Shown in pieces: positions 37,597 through 50,298 of a DNA stretch of 64,000 nucleotides. How positions within the stretch are numbered: the first letter of the stretch is position 1; every line of letters begins with the position of its first letter. A model generated the notes under the pieces. The model searched no databases, had not been told where the DNA came from, and saw only the letters and a program-made list of their open reading frames with translations. The DNA is from Monocercomonoides exilis PA203 (Eukaryota; Protista; Preaxostyla): NCBI GenBank assembly GCA_001643675.2, contig LSRY02000013.1, positions 1,178,001 through 1,242,000 on the forward strand, written 5' to 3'. The translations under genes were made by a program, and so were the position numbers.

Positions 37597-39515
37597 CGCA
37601 TATATATGAATTCAATTGATTTTAATGAATACATGTTGAAACAAACCCAATTTCGCATGGGGGGGAGATGGGGGGGGGGGGGGGGTTAAGCCCCTTCATT
37701 GAACTTCTGTGTGGAATTGGAGGGTTGCATGGGGCATAAAACCTTAAGCTTGTTAAAAAATGTTATTTTTTGATTTTTTTTCATTTCATTTCAATTAAAA
37801 AAATAAAAAATTATTATGATCTTAAAAATATTATTAAAAAAATGAAAATATCAACAGAAATAAAATTAAAAGAAGGAAAGAAAAAATTACAGAGAGCAAT
37901 GTCTTCGCGCAAGGATAGAAAATACAACAGTCGGCTGGAGCGAATGGCTCACATCGTTGTTGATGGAGTTGTTCGTATAACTGATGCCATTAATTCCAAG
38001 GAATTCAGCCGTCCAGGTATCAAAAATGAAGTTAGAGCGATGAGAAAAGGAAGCCTGGTTGGAAAAGTTGGCAGACCTGCAGCAGTCGTTGGCGAAAAGG
38101 AACAAAGAGTTTTGGATATTATTCACATTGAAGCAAAGTCTGGAACATGTTTAACTTTAAGAAAAACAAGAGAATTGGTTTGCTTTATTTTTATTTATAT
38201 GTTTTTATTATTTGTTTTTCAGATAGAAAATGTTATAAACGACAACGATGATGAAGACGCACCATTTACTGAAGTTTCAATGTCTGCTACGTACAGCTTT
38301 GTCAAGCGTCATCCTGAGCTGATGACTGGAACGCTGAAGAATTTGGACATCAATAGACTGGCTGTTTCGTACAGAAGTGTTTCAAAACCCTGGTGCAAAA
38401 CACTCAACGCGTTGCATGAAAAGTTCCATTATAATCCAGCTTTGATGATAAATGTCGATGAATCTTCAACGCGCGTTCCTACAGATTCAAAACAGCTTGT
38501 TGTGCATTCATCAGACACAAAAGCAGGTTTTTCGAGTGAGACACCGAGAATGATAAATTCCACATTCGTGGCAGCTGTTACAGCAGATGGATATGCCTTT
38601 CCTTCTGTCATTTTGTGTCCAAGTGCAAAGCTGCCAGAAGAGCTGAAAAGCCTCAAATCTCCAACGCTTGAAATATGGGCAAATGGAAGCGGCTGGATGG
38701 ATAACGAGTGCTTAAAAATGTCTGCTCTCACCAATCATCTTTTTTTGATTGTCAAAAGAAGAAAGCACATGTTATTTGAAAATGAACGTATTCTTCTCCT
38801 TCTTGATTCTCATGCATCTCGCGCAGATCCATCTATCTGGCGAGAATTCCAAAAACAACAAGTCGACGTTTTAACCTTCGTGCCACACAGCACACATCTC
38901 TGTCAACCACTGGACAGAGGAGTGTTTGCAGTGTTCAAATTTGAATTAACAAACAGATTTGAAGCTCCACATTCCTCTTCATCTTCCTCCAAACGAGCGG
39001 AAATTTCTTTCGTTCTGCCTCAAGCCATCCACACTGCATCACCTCCTTCTGTAATTCAGAAAGCTTTCGTCTGCAGTGGTGTTCTTCACAATTCTTCTGG
39101 GAAAGTTCTTTTGAAACTGCCAGAATCATCAATTTTCCCTCTTCCATCCCGAAGAAATAGATTCAACTTTTATGGAAAAGTGATAACCGACGAAAATCTT
39201 TTAGAGAAATGGGAAAATCATTTGAAAATGAATATTGAAAGGAAAAATGAAATGGATGAAAATGAGAAAGTTGAAGAGAAGACTGTTGTGGATGAAAAGA
39301 AAAAAATAAAAAGAAAAAGTCTCCATGTGAAAAACGATGAATCTGACGATGAAAAGAAAGATCATGCATTAAATCGAGGTGAAGGAAAAAGAAAAGTTAT
39401 CAGAAGAATTAATTCTGATTTTGTTTTGTATTAATTTTGTTGTTTTTTTTGAATTTCTTTCACATCAATTTTTGTGTCAGAAAAAAGAAAAAGGATCAAA
39501 ATGAAATTTTAACCC
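37597..39515 (+). mobile_element. pogo/Fot1-like DNA transposon, copy 2 (open reading frame)
   Basis: Homologous end to end with copy 1. Boundaries taken from the extent of copy-to-copy homology; no clear long TIR. Confidence 0.85.
37842..39434 (+). CDS. pogo-like DDE_1 transposase (DD35D), catalytic triad intact; 45-nt intron 38178-38222
   Basis: INVDES, AVTADG, NGSGWMD and LLLDSH-x-PHSTHLCQPLD. N-terminal GRPA/HTH-like region. Confidence 0.9.
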   Translation: MKISTEIKLKEGKKKLQRAMSSRKDRKYNSRLERMAHIVVDGVVRITDAINSKEFSRPGIKNEVRAMRKGSLVGKVGRPAAVVGEKEQRVLDIIHIEAKSGTCLTLRKTRELVCFIFIYMFLLFVFQIENVINDNDDEDAPFTEVSMSATYSFVKRHPELMTGTLKNLDINRLAVSYRSVSKPWCKTLNALHEKFHYNPALMINVDESSTRVPTDSKQLVVHSSDTKAGFSSETPRMINSTFVAAVTADGYAFPSVILCPSAKLPEELKSLKSPTLEIWANGSGWMDNECLKMSALTNHLFLIVKRRKHMLFENERILLLLDSHASRADPSIWREFQKQQVDVLTFVPHSTHLCQPLDRGVFAVFKFELTNRFEAPHSSSSSSKRAEISFVLPQAIHTASPPSVIQKAFVCSGVLHNSSGKVLLKLPESSIFPLPSRRNRFNFYGKVITDENLLEKWENHLKMNIERKNEMDENEKVEEKTVVDEKKKIKRKSLHVKNDESDDEKKDHALNRGEGKRKVIRRINSDFVLY

Positions 39516-39671
39516 TGTTCATGTGACTTTTCTTTTTTTGATTGTTTCACTCCATTTCAAAAAAGATAAAAATAAAGATCATAAAACAGTTCAAATGTTC
39601 ATTGAGTTTTGAAATGAAGAATAAAAGAAAATAAAAATTTTGAGTTGACAAAATAAAAGCTTTTCATTTCT

Positions 39672-41078
39672 TCATGCATTCACAAAATAATCTGAAATGT
39701 AAAACGATAAATCTGGACCAAATTCACCTTTAAGAAAATCAAATATTTCATGAAAACTTGCGACAGCATCTTCGTATCCTTCTTCTTCCATCTTTTCAAG
39801 CACTTTCCTTTTTGTTGCTTTTCGTTCCTCTTCCTCCATTTCATCATCCCCTTCTTTGTTCAATCTTTTGGTAATATTCACAAAGAAATTCAAACAAATC
39901 TCTATATATTCATCTTCCAAAGTTGTCTGATTCATTTCCTCGAAAAATAGATCTATGACATTCCCCTTCACAAAAGCATTAATTTTCGTGTTTCTCGTTT
40001 CTGCGGCACTTCCAAATAAATGAATGCAATTCTTGCTAATCATTCTGTTGCAATCCCTTGATGCTTGAAACACTCGAACGATGCTTTCTATTAGCTCAAC
40101 AATTTCCTCGCTCTTCAATTTACAGGAGTTAAAGAAATTCTCCAAAATATGTATCCATCCCATCAAAATAAACTCTTTTTTCTCTTCTTTTCCTCCATTT
40201 TCTTTATCTTTTCTCGTCCAATCAACACATTTTGATAATTCTTCCAGTTCTCTTGCTGCCTCTCTCACAAAATGCAGCTCATTCACAATCACTTCTTCCA
40301 AACAATTGTCAACCCAAAGTCGGTTAACTAAAAGCCTCCAAGCAGACTGATAGGCGAGCTGCGTCAGATTGTGATGTTCTTGATGATATTTGATGATTTC
40401 TGTAATCTTATTCAAATGCAGTTCTTTGTCATTTTTCTAACAAAAGATAAGAAACAAACAATAACATCAAAAAGGAAATTGAAAAGCACATACAATTAAT
40501 CCTGTATTATTCAGAGCCAGCAATGCCAATTCCACTTCTTTTTGTGTTTCTTCATCTTCCTGTTTGTTCAATGCAATTTTAAGAAGGCAAGACATGCAAA
40601 TAGGTATCAGTTCTGAATTTAATATGTTGACAAACAAAAGATAGCATTCACAAAGGTCAGTCAGAAGATTATCAATCTTTTCTTCTTTTTTCTCGTTTTC
40701 TTCAATTATCATCTTCTCAATTCTTTCGCGCAGCGAAGAACAATAAAAGCCATAACACCACAAGTTCAAAATAACCTTACAAAATCCAACATGCTTTAAC
40801 AATCTTATGACATTTTCCATTGATATTTTCTTTTCTTCAATCATTTTGTCCATTTTGTTGAACAATTCTTTTGTAAAAGTCCAATGAATTTCAATTCCAT
40901 CCATTTCATCGATTATTCCATTCATTTCTGCGATTTTCTGCTTTTGATCTTCCTCTCTGCAATGCTCCGGTTCAGAAAGCAAATCTGAAAAAATAAAGAA
41001 AAAATTACGTCATCAAAAATTCAAATGCAACAGCAATTGAAGACCTGTGAACTTTTTTGTGTTGTCCGTCTCCTGCAT
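39672..41078 (-). CDS. 'LAYQSAW'-family protein, 3 exons (left copy of inverted pair)
   Basis: MQETDNTKKFT|DLLSEPEHC...EVELALLAL...|...LTQLAYQSAW...ISDYFVNA. Confidence 0.8.
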
Positions 41079-41479
41079 TTTTAAAAATCCATTGCATTCA
41101 AAAAACAATACCATTTTTATCATTAACATTGAATTCGCATATGAACAGATGGAAGAAATTGGAGAACAGGTTAAACAAGAAAAGAATCATAAAAAATATC
41201 CGCTTTCACGCCATCGGATTATGCATTTCCATTGGCAAGTATTGTAATAAAAAGTGATGTTTTGTCTTTTTTCTTTATAAGTTATGGATGAAATGATCAA
41301 ATCATTTTCTTTGAACAAAAATATCAACATTCAAAATGAGTGATCAGTGAGTTAATTTGTCAAGCAAAATGGGATATATTCTTTCCCATGTTTGCATGAA
41401 TCACTGAAAAAACAATTTTGGAAATCGACAAGACGTTATTAAAAATTGGATAATCAAGGATAATACAACAATAACATGA
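39685..41479 (-). repeat. Left arm (1795 bp) of second large inverted duplication
   Basis: Reverse complement of 47554-49349; mirror ORFs identical except at the last residues. Confidence 0.95.
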
Positions 41480-43299
41480 TTTGATGAAAATATCTTCATG
41501 TGTGTATTTTTTCATTGTTATGTTGACTGTTTCGATATTTCTATCGGAAATCTGTTTGAACCCCATGACTCAAATATTTTCAATAAATTATCAATCTTTT
41601 CTTTTCAGAGAAATAAGTTGAGAATGGGGATGTTCTGAATTCCAATTTTGGAAAACAGATTTCATGAACATGGGCTGTGAAACAACTCAATTTTCTTTTG
41701 AGCATGAGATAAAAACAAATTCAACTGACAATTTATTTGTTGAATATGAAAAGAGGAAAGAATTCAATGAAAAAGAAAGCAGGAACAAAAAAGACTGAAT
41801 TTTGGAACACAAAGGAGAAGAACAGTTTGTAACGTTTTTGGACAAGGAAAGTGACGGGAAATGTGGAAAGCAGAATATTAACAGCGAAAAAAGACCAAGA
41901 AATGAATGCAAAGCAATGTGTTGGAGTTTCGTTCAAGTATTGTTACGCCAGCCATCTTCTGCTTTGGCAGTCAATAAGATGTGCCTGTGGTTTTTGAAAT
42001 ATGTTTTCAGCGAAGCACAGTCGTTTTTTCATCATGCTGTTGGGACAGGGGAAATGAAGACCAACAGATTCTGCTCCAGCTCATTCCTTTGAAAGGACAA
42101 TAAAACTTGAGAGGATTGCTTCAATCACCATCCATCTGGTGCCTTTATGGGATTTGATAAATGAGCAGACAGAAGTCTTGGAACTTCAGCAACAGACACA
42201 AAGTTGAAGACAGAACTCGAAGAAATCAGAGGCTGAGCAGAAATTGTCTGCGCAGAATCAGAGGAGGGAGCGTGCACATACAAAGCAGCAGTGCCAGATA
42301 AACGCAGAAGGAGGTTGTTTCCAGACTCTATCTTGATGCCTTGAAGCAGAAAATATAACATTCGCAGGAACACAAACTACACTGCCAACGACTCCCACTC
42401 GTCCATAAACACACAATACCAAACACGAAACACCAGAATCATCCCTTTCCCATGGCACACTTGTACGATCGCATTCATCGCATCCCACAGAAAGATCGAC
42501 GGAACACTTTCCTGATGCACAACGTCCTCAATCGCAACAAACTCATCCACCATCTCACTCTGCCTGTCTTTATTAAAATGCTACAACGCTCAATCCGATG
42601 TCAAACACCCACTCCAACCCCCCTTCTCTTCTCTTCTCTTCACTCTCTCTGAATTTGACTCTCCCTAGTAAACGTGATGATCATCGTCCCGTCCAGCTGT
42701 ATCATCCCTTCCACAACCGGCTTCCCCACAATCCTCTCCTGCTCAGCACACAGCTCCACTACCACATCCAACACCTTCTTCATCACAAGATAGTTACTAT
42801 AGCTCCCATGCACACACTCATCAATCAAAATCAAAAACCTCAAATACAGCGATTCCATATCAAGAATTTGCTCTTCCTTCTTTCTCCAAATCAATAGATC
42901 CGCCCTTTCCCCCTTGTTCCTCATTCATCCCTAATTCATTCTTCGATATTTACTCCTGTTCCTCATCTTTTCTCACATTTTCTTCTCTTCCATCTGAAGT
43001 TATGTCAAAAGATCCATATGCTGCTGCTTCTTCTGCTGCTCTTCTGTTCTCCTGTTGGATGCCATCAGATGGAGAAAAACTGCACACTTCTGGTTCAACT
43101 GAATGCTGCTTGTCTGCACCCGCCTCAGCATCAGCCTTCACAAACCTCAGCCGACTCAGCCCAAGTGCCTCCACAACCAGCAGTGTCATCGCTTCTTCCA
43201 GCTTCCCCTGTTTCTCTTTGATTCTTTTAGCATTTTCTCTGTGAGCTGTCGGATAGCCGCCTTTCTCCTCGTTCTCATCTCCTTCCTCTGCCTCTTCTC

Positions 43300-44000
43300 A
43301 CTCTTCCAGCTCCTCCAGCACATTCGCTGCTTGTGACAGAACCACATCCTCCATCCTCAGCCCCGCAGCATCCAACCCTTTCTCCACAATCTCCCACACT
43401 TCATTCACGCACTGCAACCCCTCGCCCCATCGCTTCCTCGTCCATCTTTACCACCACACGCCTCGACTGTTGCGATAGCCATATCTGCATTAAAGAGTTA
43501 AATAGATCATAGACCAACGGGAACGCATTCACATCTTCCTCCGCAAAGATCCGCTTGCCCTTCAACTTCGTTCTCCACCAACTCTGCAAGAGTATGAAGT
43601 GTCACCACTCTCAAAACCAAAAGCATCTCCAAAAGCACCACGTGGTACACACACAACACCCCCATACAGCACTTCCCGCCGCGCCTCAGCATAACCTAGC
43701 GGAGCTTGTGGAACCCTCAGCTTCGATTTCTTTTGAATTGTATTCACTTCATCTGATTTTTCAACAACAATTCCAAGCTGCCTTTTGATGTTGTACATCT
43801 CATCTGCTGATATATATGATGCTACCACGTCAGAGGCATCCGAAGAGGAAATTGAAGGTGCGGATGAAGATTATGAATTCTCTGAAGATTTCTTCTCTTC
43901 GCTTCTTTGCATCAGCAATAGTGAAGAAGACAATGAATACCTAAGGCGCTGAGTACAGAGAAGAATTCTGCGCTTCGATGGTAAAGTGAAGCTTTCTCGT
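43300..44000. repeat. Decayed dispersed repeat related to 53990-54720
   Basis: Shared colinear words 'ttctccacaa', 'ccacacgcctcgac' / 'acacacgcctcgac', 'gatgaaga' and 'cagagaagaatt'. Confidence 0.55.
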
Positions 44001-45424
44001 GAATCCAACAATTTTTGCTTGAAGCTCCTCAAGTTACACAATCACAATTTCCTCATTTCCTTGCAAAGGTCAATCAGTCACAAACGCTCTCATTTTTTAA
44101 GTGGTGGGAAAAGAAAGAATTGGGTTTCTTAAGGTGAGGAGTTGAAATGAGAAGATGAAGAAGAAGCAATGCTGATAATGAATGAATTATCGTTCAGAAC
44201 CAAAATCAGAAGTATTAGATGAGAGGCATATGAAAAGATCAACTCAGAAATGGGGAATAATGCAGTTGCTGTTATCTGTTCAATCTGTTGGATTAAGGCA
44301 AAAATCCCACAGAAGCCATGAGGCATTAGAAAGATTCTATAAAATGTGTTCCACTTCGATCTCAAAATCTGAATTCTGTCAAGCTCTTGTTCATGATGAA
44401 AAACATCTTCTCTGGTTTGGGGCGTGTTTTCTTGCCTGCCTTCATTCCCCTTTCGAAAAATACTGTATTTTCAATTTCTGAACAAAATATCCTTCCTCAA
44501 GAAAGTTTCTTCGTTTCCATTTCATTTTTCTCTTTATCTCTGATGCTGATGCAATTGATGAAGAATTCACAACAGATGAAGTGGATGACGATAAAGAAGG
44601 AGAAGCTGAGTGACGTGACGTTGAATAATTTGAAGCAGAAGAAGAAGATGATGATGAAAGAATCGAAAGGCGTGATTGAAGGTTGAAAATTGAGAAGATG
44701 AGATCCAATAAATATCAACAGAGAAATTCGGTGAAATTCTCTTCTTCAGGCTTTTATCTTTTTCTGGAAAACATAATTCCTCGAATTCATAACAATCTCA
44801 GCATGACCGTTTCTCTCTCTCCAACAAAAAATAGGAAAGATTGAAAAATTCATTTTTCATTCCATCTCTTCCATTTTCGCTTCCCTTATTTCCAAAAAAA
44901 ATCATCTTTCTTCAAAAACTTTTCATCATAAAAGCATAATGCCAGGCATCTTCGAAATACCTCGCATTTCATCAATCTTCATTTCATTTTTCCTTCCTCG
45001 CCTTTCTTTTTCTTCTTCAAAGCCATCTGATTCCTCATTCTATCAACAGCCCGAATGAAAAAAAATTAATCACTTCAAAAATAATAATAATAATAATTAT
45101 ATCAAACCTTCAGAAACTTGTAAAAGCTGTTATCCACGATTTAATTCCATTGATAAAGATTTTCTTTTGAAATATCATTATTCCTTCTCTTTTCAAGTGT
45201 TTCCTCATCTGATTCGCAAAATGTCATTTCCAGAAGTCTTTTCACATTCAATTTCTCCGACTTCTGAACGATCTGATATAAGATAAATCCATGTTTTCTT
45301 TTCAATACTGTCGATTTTGTCAATATTAATCTTATTGACATCATTCCATTTTTTTTTTGTTGTTGTTGTTGTGCACTTTCCCCAGATATCAACTTCTCGA
45401 ATCCGATATTCAACACAGAAAATG

Positions 45425-47335
45425 ACATAGGGTCATATTTTTATTAGTACCCATTTTTTGTTAGTACCAAAATTTTTCGAAATGAAAAATTCTAAAAAAA
45501 ATTCAAAAAAATTCAAAACTCGAATCTGATTTGCGAATGACTTTTCTTTTTCTCTATTCTCTCTCAGTTTTATCAGTCTATTCTTTCTCAATATTGCTTT
45601 CATCTGCAGTATTTTGAATTTTCTTTTCAGCTTTTTTGTGAGATTCATTGCAACATCATTTTCTTCATCAGAAATATTTTCTTTTTCTTTTTCCATTTCG
45701 CTTTTCTTTCTCAAATAATCATCCAACTCATTTTAAAGCTTTTCTTCTGTTATTTCTTTACCGAAGAAGTCAAATCGATTTTTGTGAGAAGGAAGAGGAT
45801 AAATCGATGCTTGAGGAAGCTTCATCAGAACTGGCCCAGAAGAGTCTTTCAACATGCCGCTTCATTTGCAAGCTCTTTTGATAACTGAAGGTGATAACAC
45901 CGAATGAATTGGTTGTTGGAGAGCTTTCGCAAGAGCTGTTCTCTTCGCTGTTGAAGATGAAGATGAAGGTGCTTCGAACTGATAACTCAGCTCTGATTTG
46001 AAAACTGCAAATAATCCTTGTTTAAGTGGCTTGCAGATGAGTGTGCTGTTAGGGATTATTGTGACAACATTCACATTTTCTTTTTTGAACTCTCGCCAGA
46101 TTGTTGGATCTGCACGAGAAATGCAGGAGTCGATAAGAAGCAAGCAGTGTGATTCGTCGAGTGACATGCGTTGCCTTCTTTCTTTGATTGAAGGGAGAAG
46201 AATTGTGAGTGCATATTTTCTAAACGTTGAAGATTCCATTTATCAGCATTTGTTCGGCCATATCTCAAGATTTGAAGATAGAAGAGGCTTCAAGTCATCA
46301 GGAAGTTTGAGACTCGTCCACAGAATCACTGAAGGAAGTTATTGTCCATCAGCTGCCATTTCCGCAATCAGTGTTGAATTCACCATTCGCGCAGCAAATA
46401 TAGCGACACCGGGTTTTGCATTTGCCGGATGAACAACATTCCGATTGGAGCTATCGGGAACCCTGAGTGAAGACTCGTCCACGTTGAAAAATCAGATCGT
46501 TGTTGAAACTGTTGTACTGATGTGATCCGTTGAGCATATCATACCAGGGCTTTAGAACTTGTTGGCATGATACTGCAAGCCTGTCAACATCAACAATTTT
46601 CGGCTTTGAAGTCTTCAGCTCTGGATGTCGTTTGATGAAATCGTAGGCAACTGATACAAAATCTGAAACAATTGGAGTGTTTTCTGGCTTCAAATCATAA
46701 ATAACATTTTCGATCTTATTCTTAATTATTAATGCATTTCAAAGAATATTTATTCAAACCAGTTCACGCATTTTCTTGATGGTTAAGCTTGCTACAAACA
46801 GTGATTCTATTTTTATTTCGTCCAGCACTGTTTGCTATTTTTCGCCAATGACCGCAGCAGGTATTCCAATTTTGGATACAAATCAGCCTTGCTGAACAGC
46901 CTTCACAGCACGCCTTATTCGAATTTTGCTGAATTTTTTGCTGTTGTATGCATCCACCATTCGCACAGCTCCATTGTTAACAATATGCGCCATTCGCTCC
47001 AGCGAATTCCAAAATAACAGATATTTGAATAACAGCATCTCCTCCCGCAGCTTCATTTGACCAGCAGTTGATTTCCTTTCAACTTCCTTTTTCATTTTTT
47101 TTATGTGTTATGATCATAAAGCCCATTTGTTTAATTTATTATTATAAATTTCAATTTTCATTGAAATTTAATTTTTTGAACATTAAATGCATATTTTTTT
47201 GTATTTAATTCATTGGAACCAACCTGTAACTGATAGAATTTCAACGGGAGGCTTTTAACCCCCCACCCCTCCTCATTAGAAACAGGTTATGCATTTAAAT
47301 GTATTTATTCAGTTGCTAATTCTTTTTCTTATATA
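45425..47335 (-). mobile_element. Diverged, degenerate pogo-like transposon, copy 3
   Basis: LERMAHIV, FIKRHPEL, LAVSCQQVLKPW, LLLIDS and IPNSTLICKPL; 45-nt intron 46715-46759; G-rich 5' motif at ~47257-47273. Confidence 0.88.
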
Positions 47336-47553
47336 CAAAAAATACTATTTATAAATCGAAATGTGTGTGGCAGAATAATTGATTTTTAAAAAAATAAAAT
47401 CGAATAAAAAAAATAGGATCTGATGAAAATATGACTCTATTTTCTTTTCTTCAAATAACTCACATTTCTGATCTCTGAAAAGGAAACAGATTGAAGCACC
47501 TTCAAAGTGAATAGAACAAAGGAAAATACACGAATTCATATTTTTTCATTCAT

Positions 47554-49349
47554 TCATGTTATTGTTGTATTATCCTTGATTATCCAATTTTTAATAACGT
47601 CTTGTCGATTTCCAAAATTGTTTTTTCAGTGATTCATGCAAACATGGGAAAGAATATATCCCATTTTGCTTGACAAATTAACTCACTGATCACTCATTTT
47701 GAATGTTGATATTTTTGTTCAAAGAAAATGATTTGATCATTTCATCCATAACTTATAAAGAAAAAAGACAAAACATCACTTTTTATTACAATACTTGCCA
47801 ATGGAAATGCATAATCCGATGGCGTGAAAGCGGATATTTTTTATGATTCTTTTCTTGTTTAACCTGTTCTCCAATTTCTTCCATCTGTTCATATGCGAAT
47901 TCAATGTTAATGATAAAAATGGTATTGTTTTTTGAATGCAATGGATTTTTAAAAATGCAGGAGACGGACAACACAAAAAAGTTCACAGGTCTTCAATTGC
48001 TGTTGCATTTGAATTTTTGATGACGTAATTTTTTCTTTATTTTTTCAGATTTGCTTTCTGAACCGGAGCATTGCAGAGAGGAAGATCAAAAGCAGAAAAT
48101 CGCAGAAATGAATGGAATAATCGATGAAATGGATGGAATTGAAATTCATTGGACTTTTACAAAAGAATTGTTCAACAAAATGGACAAAATGATTGAAGAA
48201 AAGAAAATATCAATGGAAAATGTCATAAGATTGTTAAAGCATGTTGGATTTTGTAAGGTTATTTTGAACTTGTGGTGTTATGGCTTTTATTGTTCTTCGC
48301 TGCGCGAAAGAATTGAGAAGATGATAATTGAAGAAAACGAGAAAAAAGAAGAAAAGATTGATAATCTTCTGACTGACCTTTGTGAATGCTATCTTTTGTT
48401 TGTCAACATATTAAATTCAGAACTGATACCTATTTGCATGTCTTGCCTTCTTAAAATTGCATTGAACAAACAGGAAGATGAAGAAACACAAAAAGAAGTG
48501 GAATTGGCATTGCTGGCTCTGAATAATACAGGATTAATTGTATGTGCTTTTCAATTTCCTTTTTGATGTTATTGTTTGTTTCTTATCTTTTTGTTAGAAA
48601 AATGACAAAGAACTGCATTTGAATAAGATTACAGAAATCATCAAATATCATCAAGAACATCACAATCTGACGCAGCTCGCCTATCAGTCTGCTTGGAGGC
48701 TTTTAGTTAACCGACTTTGGGTTGACAATTGTTTGGAAGAAGTGATTGTGAATGAGCTGCATTTTGTGAGAGAGGCAGCAAGAGAACTGGAAGAATTATC
48801 AAAATGTGTTGATTGGACGAGAAAAGATAAAGAAAATGGAGGAAAAGAAGAGAAAAAAGAGTTTATTTTGATGGGATGGATACATATTTTGGAGAATTTC
48901 TTTAACTCCTGTAAATTGAAGAGCGAGGAAATTGTTGAGCTAATAGAAAGCATCGTTCGAGTGTTTCAAGCATCAAGGGATTGCAACAGAATGATTAGCA
49001 AGAATTGCATTCATTTATTTGGAAGTGCCGCAGAAACGAGAAACACGAAAATTAATGCTTTTGTGAAGGGGAATGTCATAGATCTATTTTTCGAGGAAAT
49101 GAATCAGACAACTTTGGAAGATGAATATATAGAGATTTGTTTGAATTTCTTTGTGAATATTACCAAAAGATTGAACAAAGAAGGGGATGATGAAATGGAG
49201 GAAGAGGAACGAAAAGCAACAAAAAGGAAAGTGCTTGAAAAGATGGAAGAAGAAGGATACGAAGATGCTGTCGCAAGTTTTCATGAAATATTTGATTTTC
49301 TTAAAGGTGAATTTGGTCCAGATTTATCGTTTCACATTTCAGATTATTT
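47554..49349 (+). repeat. Right arm (1796 bp) of second large inverted duplication
   Basis: Reverse complement of 39685-41479. Confidence 0.95.
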
Positions 49350-49362
49350 AGCATTCGTTTAA
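47955..49362 (+). CDS. 'LAYQSAW'-family protein, 3 exons (introns 47989-48048, 48540-48597); C-terminal residues replaced at the duplication breakpoint
   Basis: Same as 39672-41078 except ...SFHISDYLAFV vs ...SFYISDYFVNA. Confidence 0.8.
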
Positions 49363-49544
49363 ATCAAAAGAGCTTTTTCTATTTCTGACTTTTTTGAAAC
49401 TGCATTTGCTCAGTCAGAACAAGAAAGGAAACAGAAGAAGAAGAAGAAGAAATTTATAACAAGCTGAAAAGTGTCTTTTTCAGCAGTGCGGTCAATTCCA
49501 ATTCATTCGTTCTTCTGCACCTTTTTCTTCACCTTCTTCTCTTT

Positions 49545-49626
49545 CTTCTTCTTCTTCATCCTCTTCATCCTCTTCATCCTCTTCATCCTCTTCATCCTCT
49601 TCATCCTCTTCATCCTCTTCATCCTC

Positions 49627-49665
<39 letters not shown>

Positions 49666-49684
49666 TTCTTCTTCTTCTTCTTCT

Positions 49685-49723
<39 letters not shown>

Positions 49724-49747
49724 TCTTCCTCTTCTTCCTCTTCTTCC

Positions 49748-49782
<35 letters not shown>

Positions 49783-49822
49783 CTCTTCTTCCTCTTCTTC
49801 TTCCTCTTCTTCCTCTTCTTCC

Positions 49823-49857
<35 letters not shown>

Positions 49858-49978
49858 CTCTTCTTCCTCTTCTTCTTCCTCTTCTTCCTCTTCTTCCTCT
49901 TCTTCCTCTTCTTCCTCTTCTTCCTCTTCTTCCTCTTCTTCCTCTTCTTCCTCTTCTTCCTCTTCTTCCTCTTCTTCT
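49545..49978. repeat. Compound trinucleotide microsatellite (TCTTCATCC)n-(TCA)n-(TCT/TCC)n, poly-Glu/Asp on the minus strand
   Basis: Seen directly. Confidence 0.95.
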
Positions 49979-50298
49979 TTCAAGCGAAATAATCTTTCAA
50001 CAATTAAAATAATATTTCCTAACTCAATCAAATTCTGCAATTTTTAATTTCAATTCGCTTTTCTTAAATAACCAAAAAAGATAAAGAACTTTATAACCAT
50101 CGTTGGGGGATTTAAACTTCAGGATTTTTTAGCACTTTGTTTTTTCAATTTTATTCAATTGCTTTGTTGCATTTTGAAGTTATGGGGGGAAAAATATTTA
50201 ATTAAAGATTCAAACGACTGTTTGTTTTCTCTTTTGTGAAATGGCAAAAAAAGAAAAAATAAAATTTTGAGTTACAAAACAAATAACATCTCATTTAC

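Noticed and set aside
39685-49349. Calling the second inverted repeat a transposon with giant TIRs
   Set aside because: No TSD or terminal motif, and the outer boundary falls inside a coding exon. It is reported as an inverted duplication instead.
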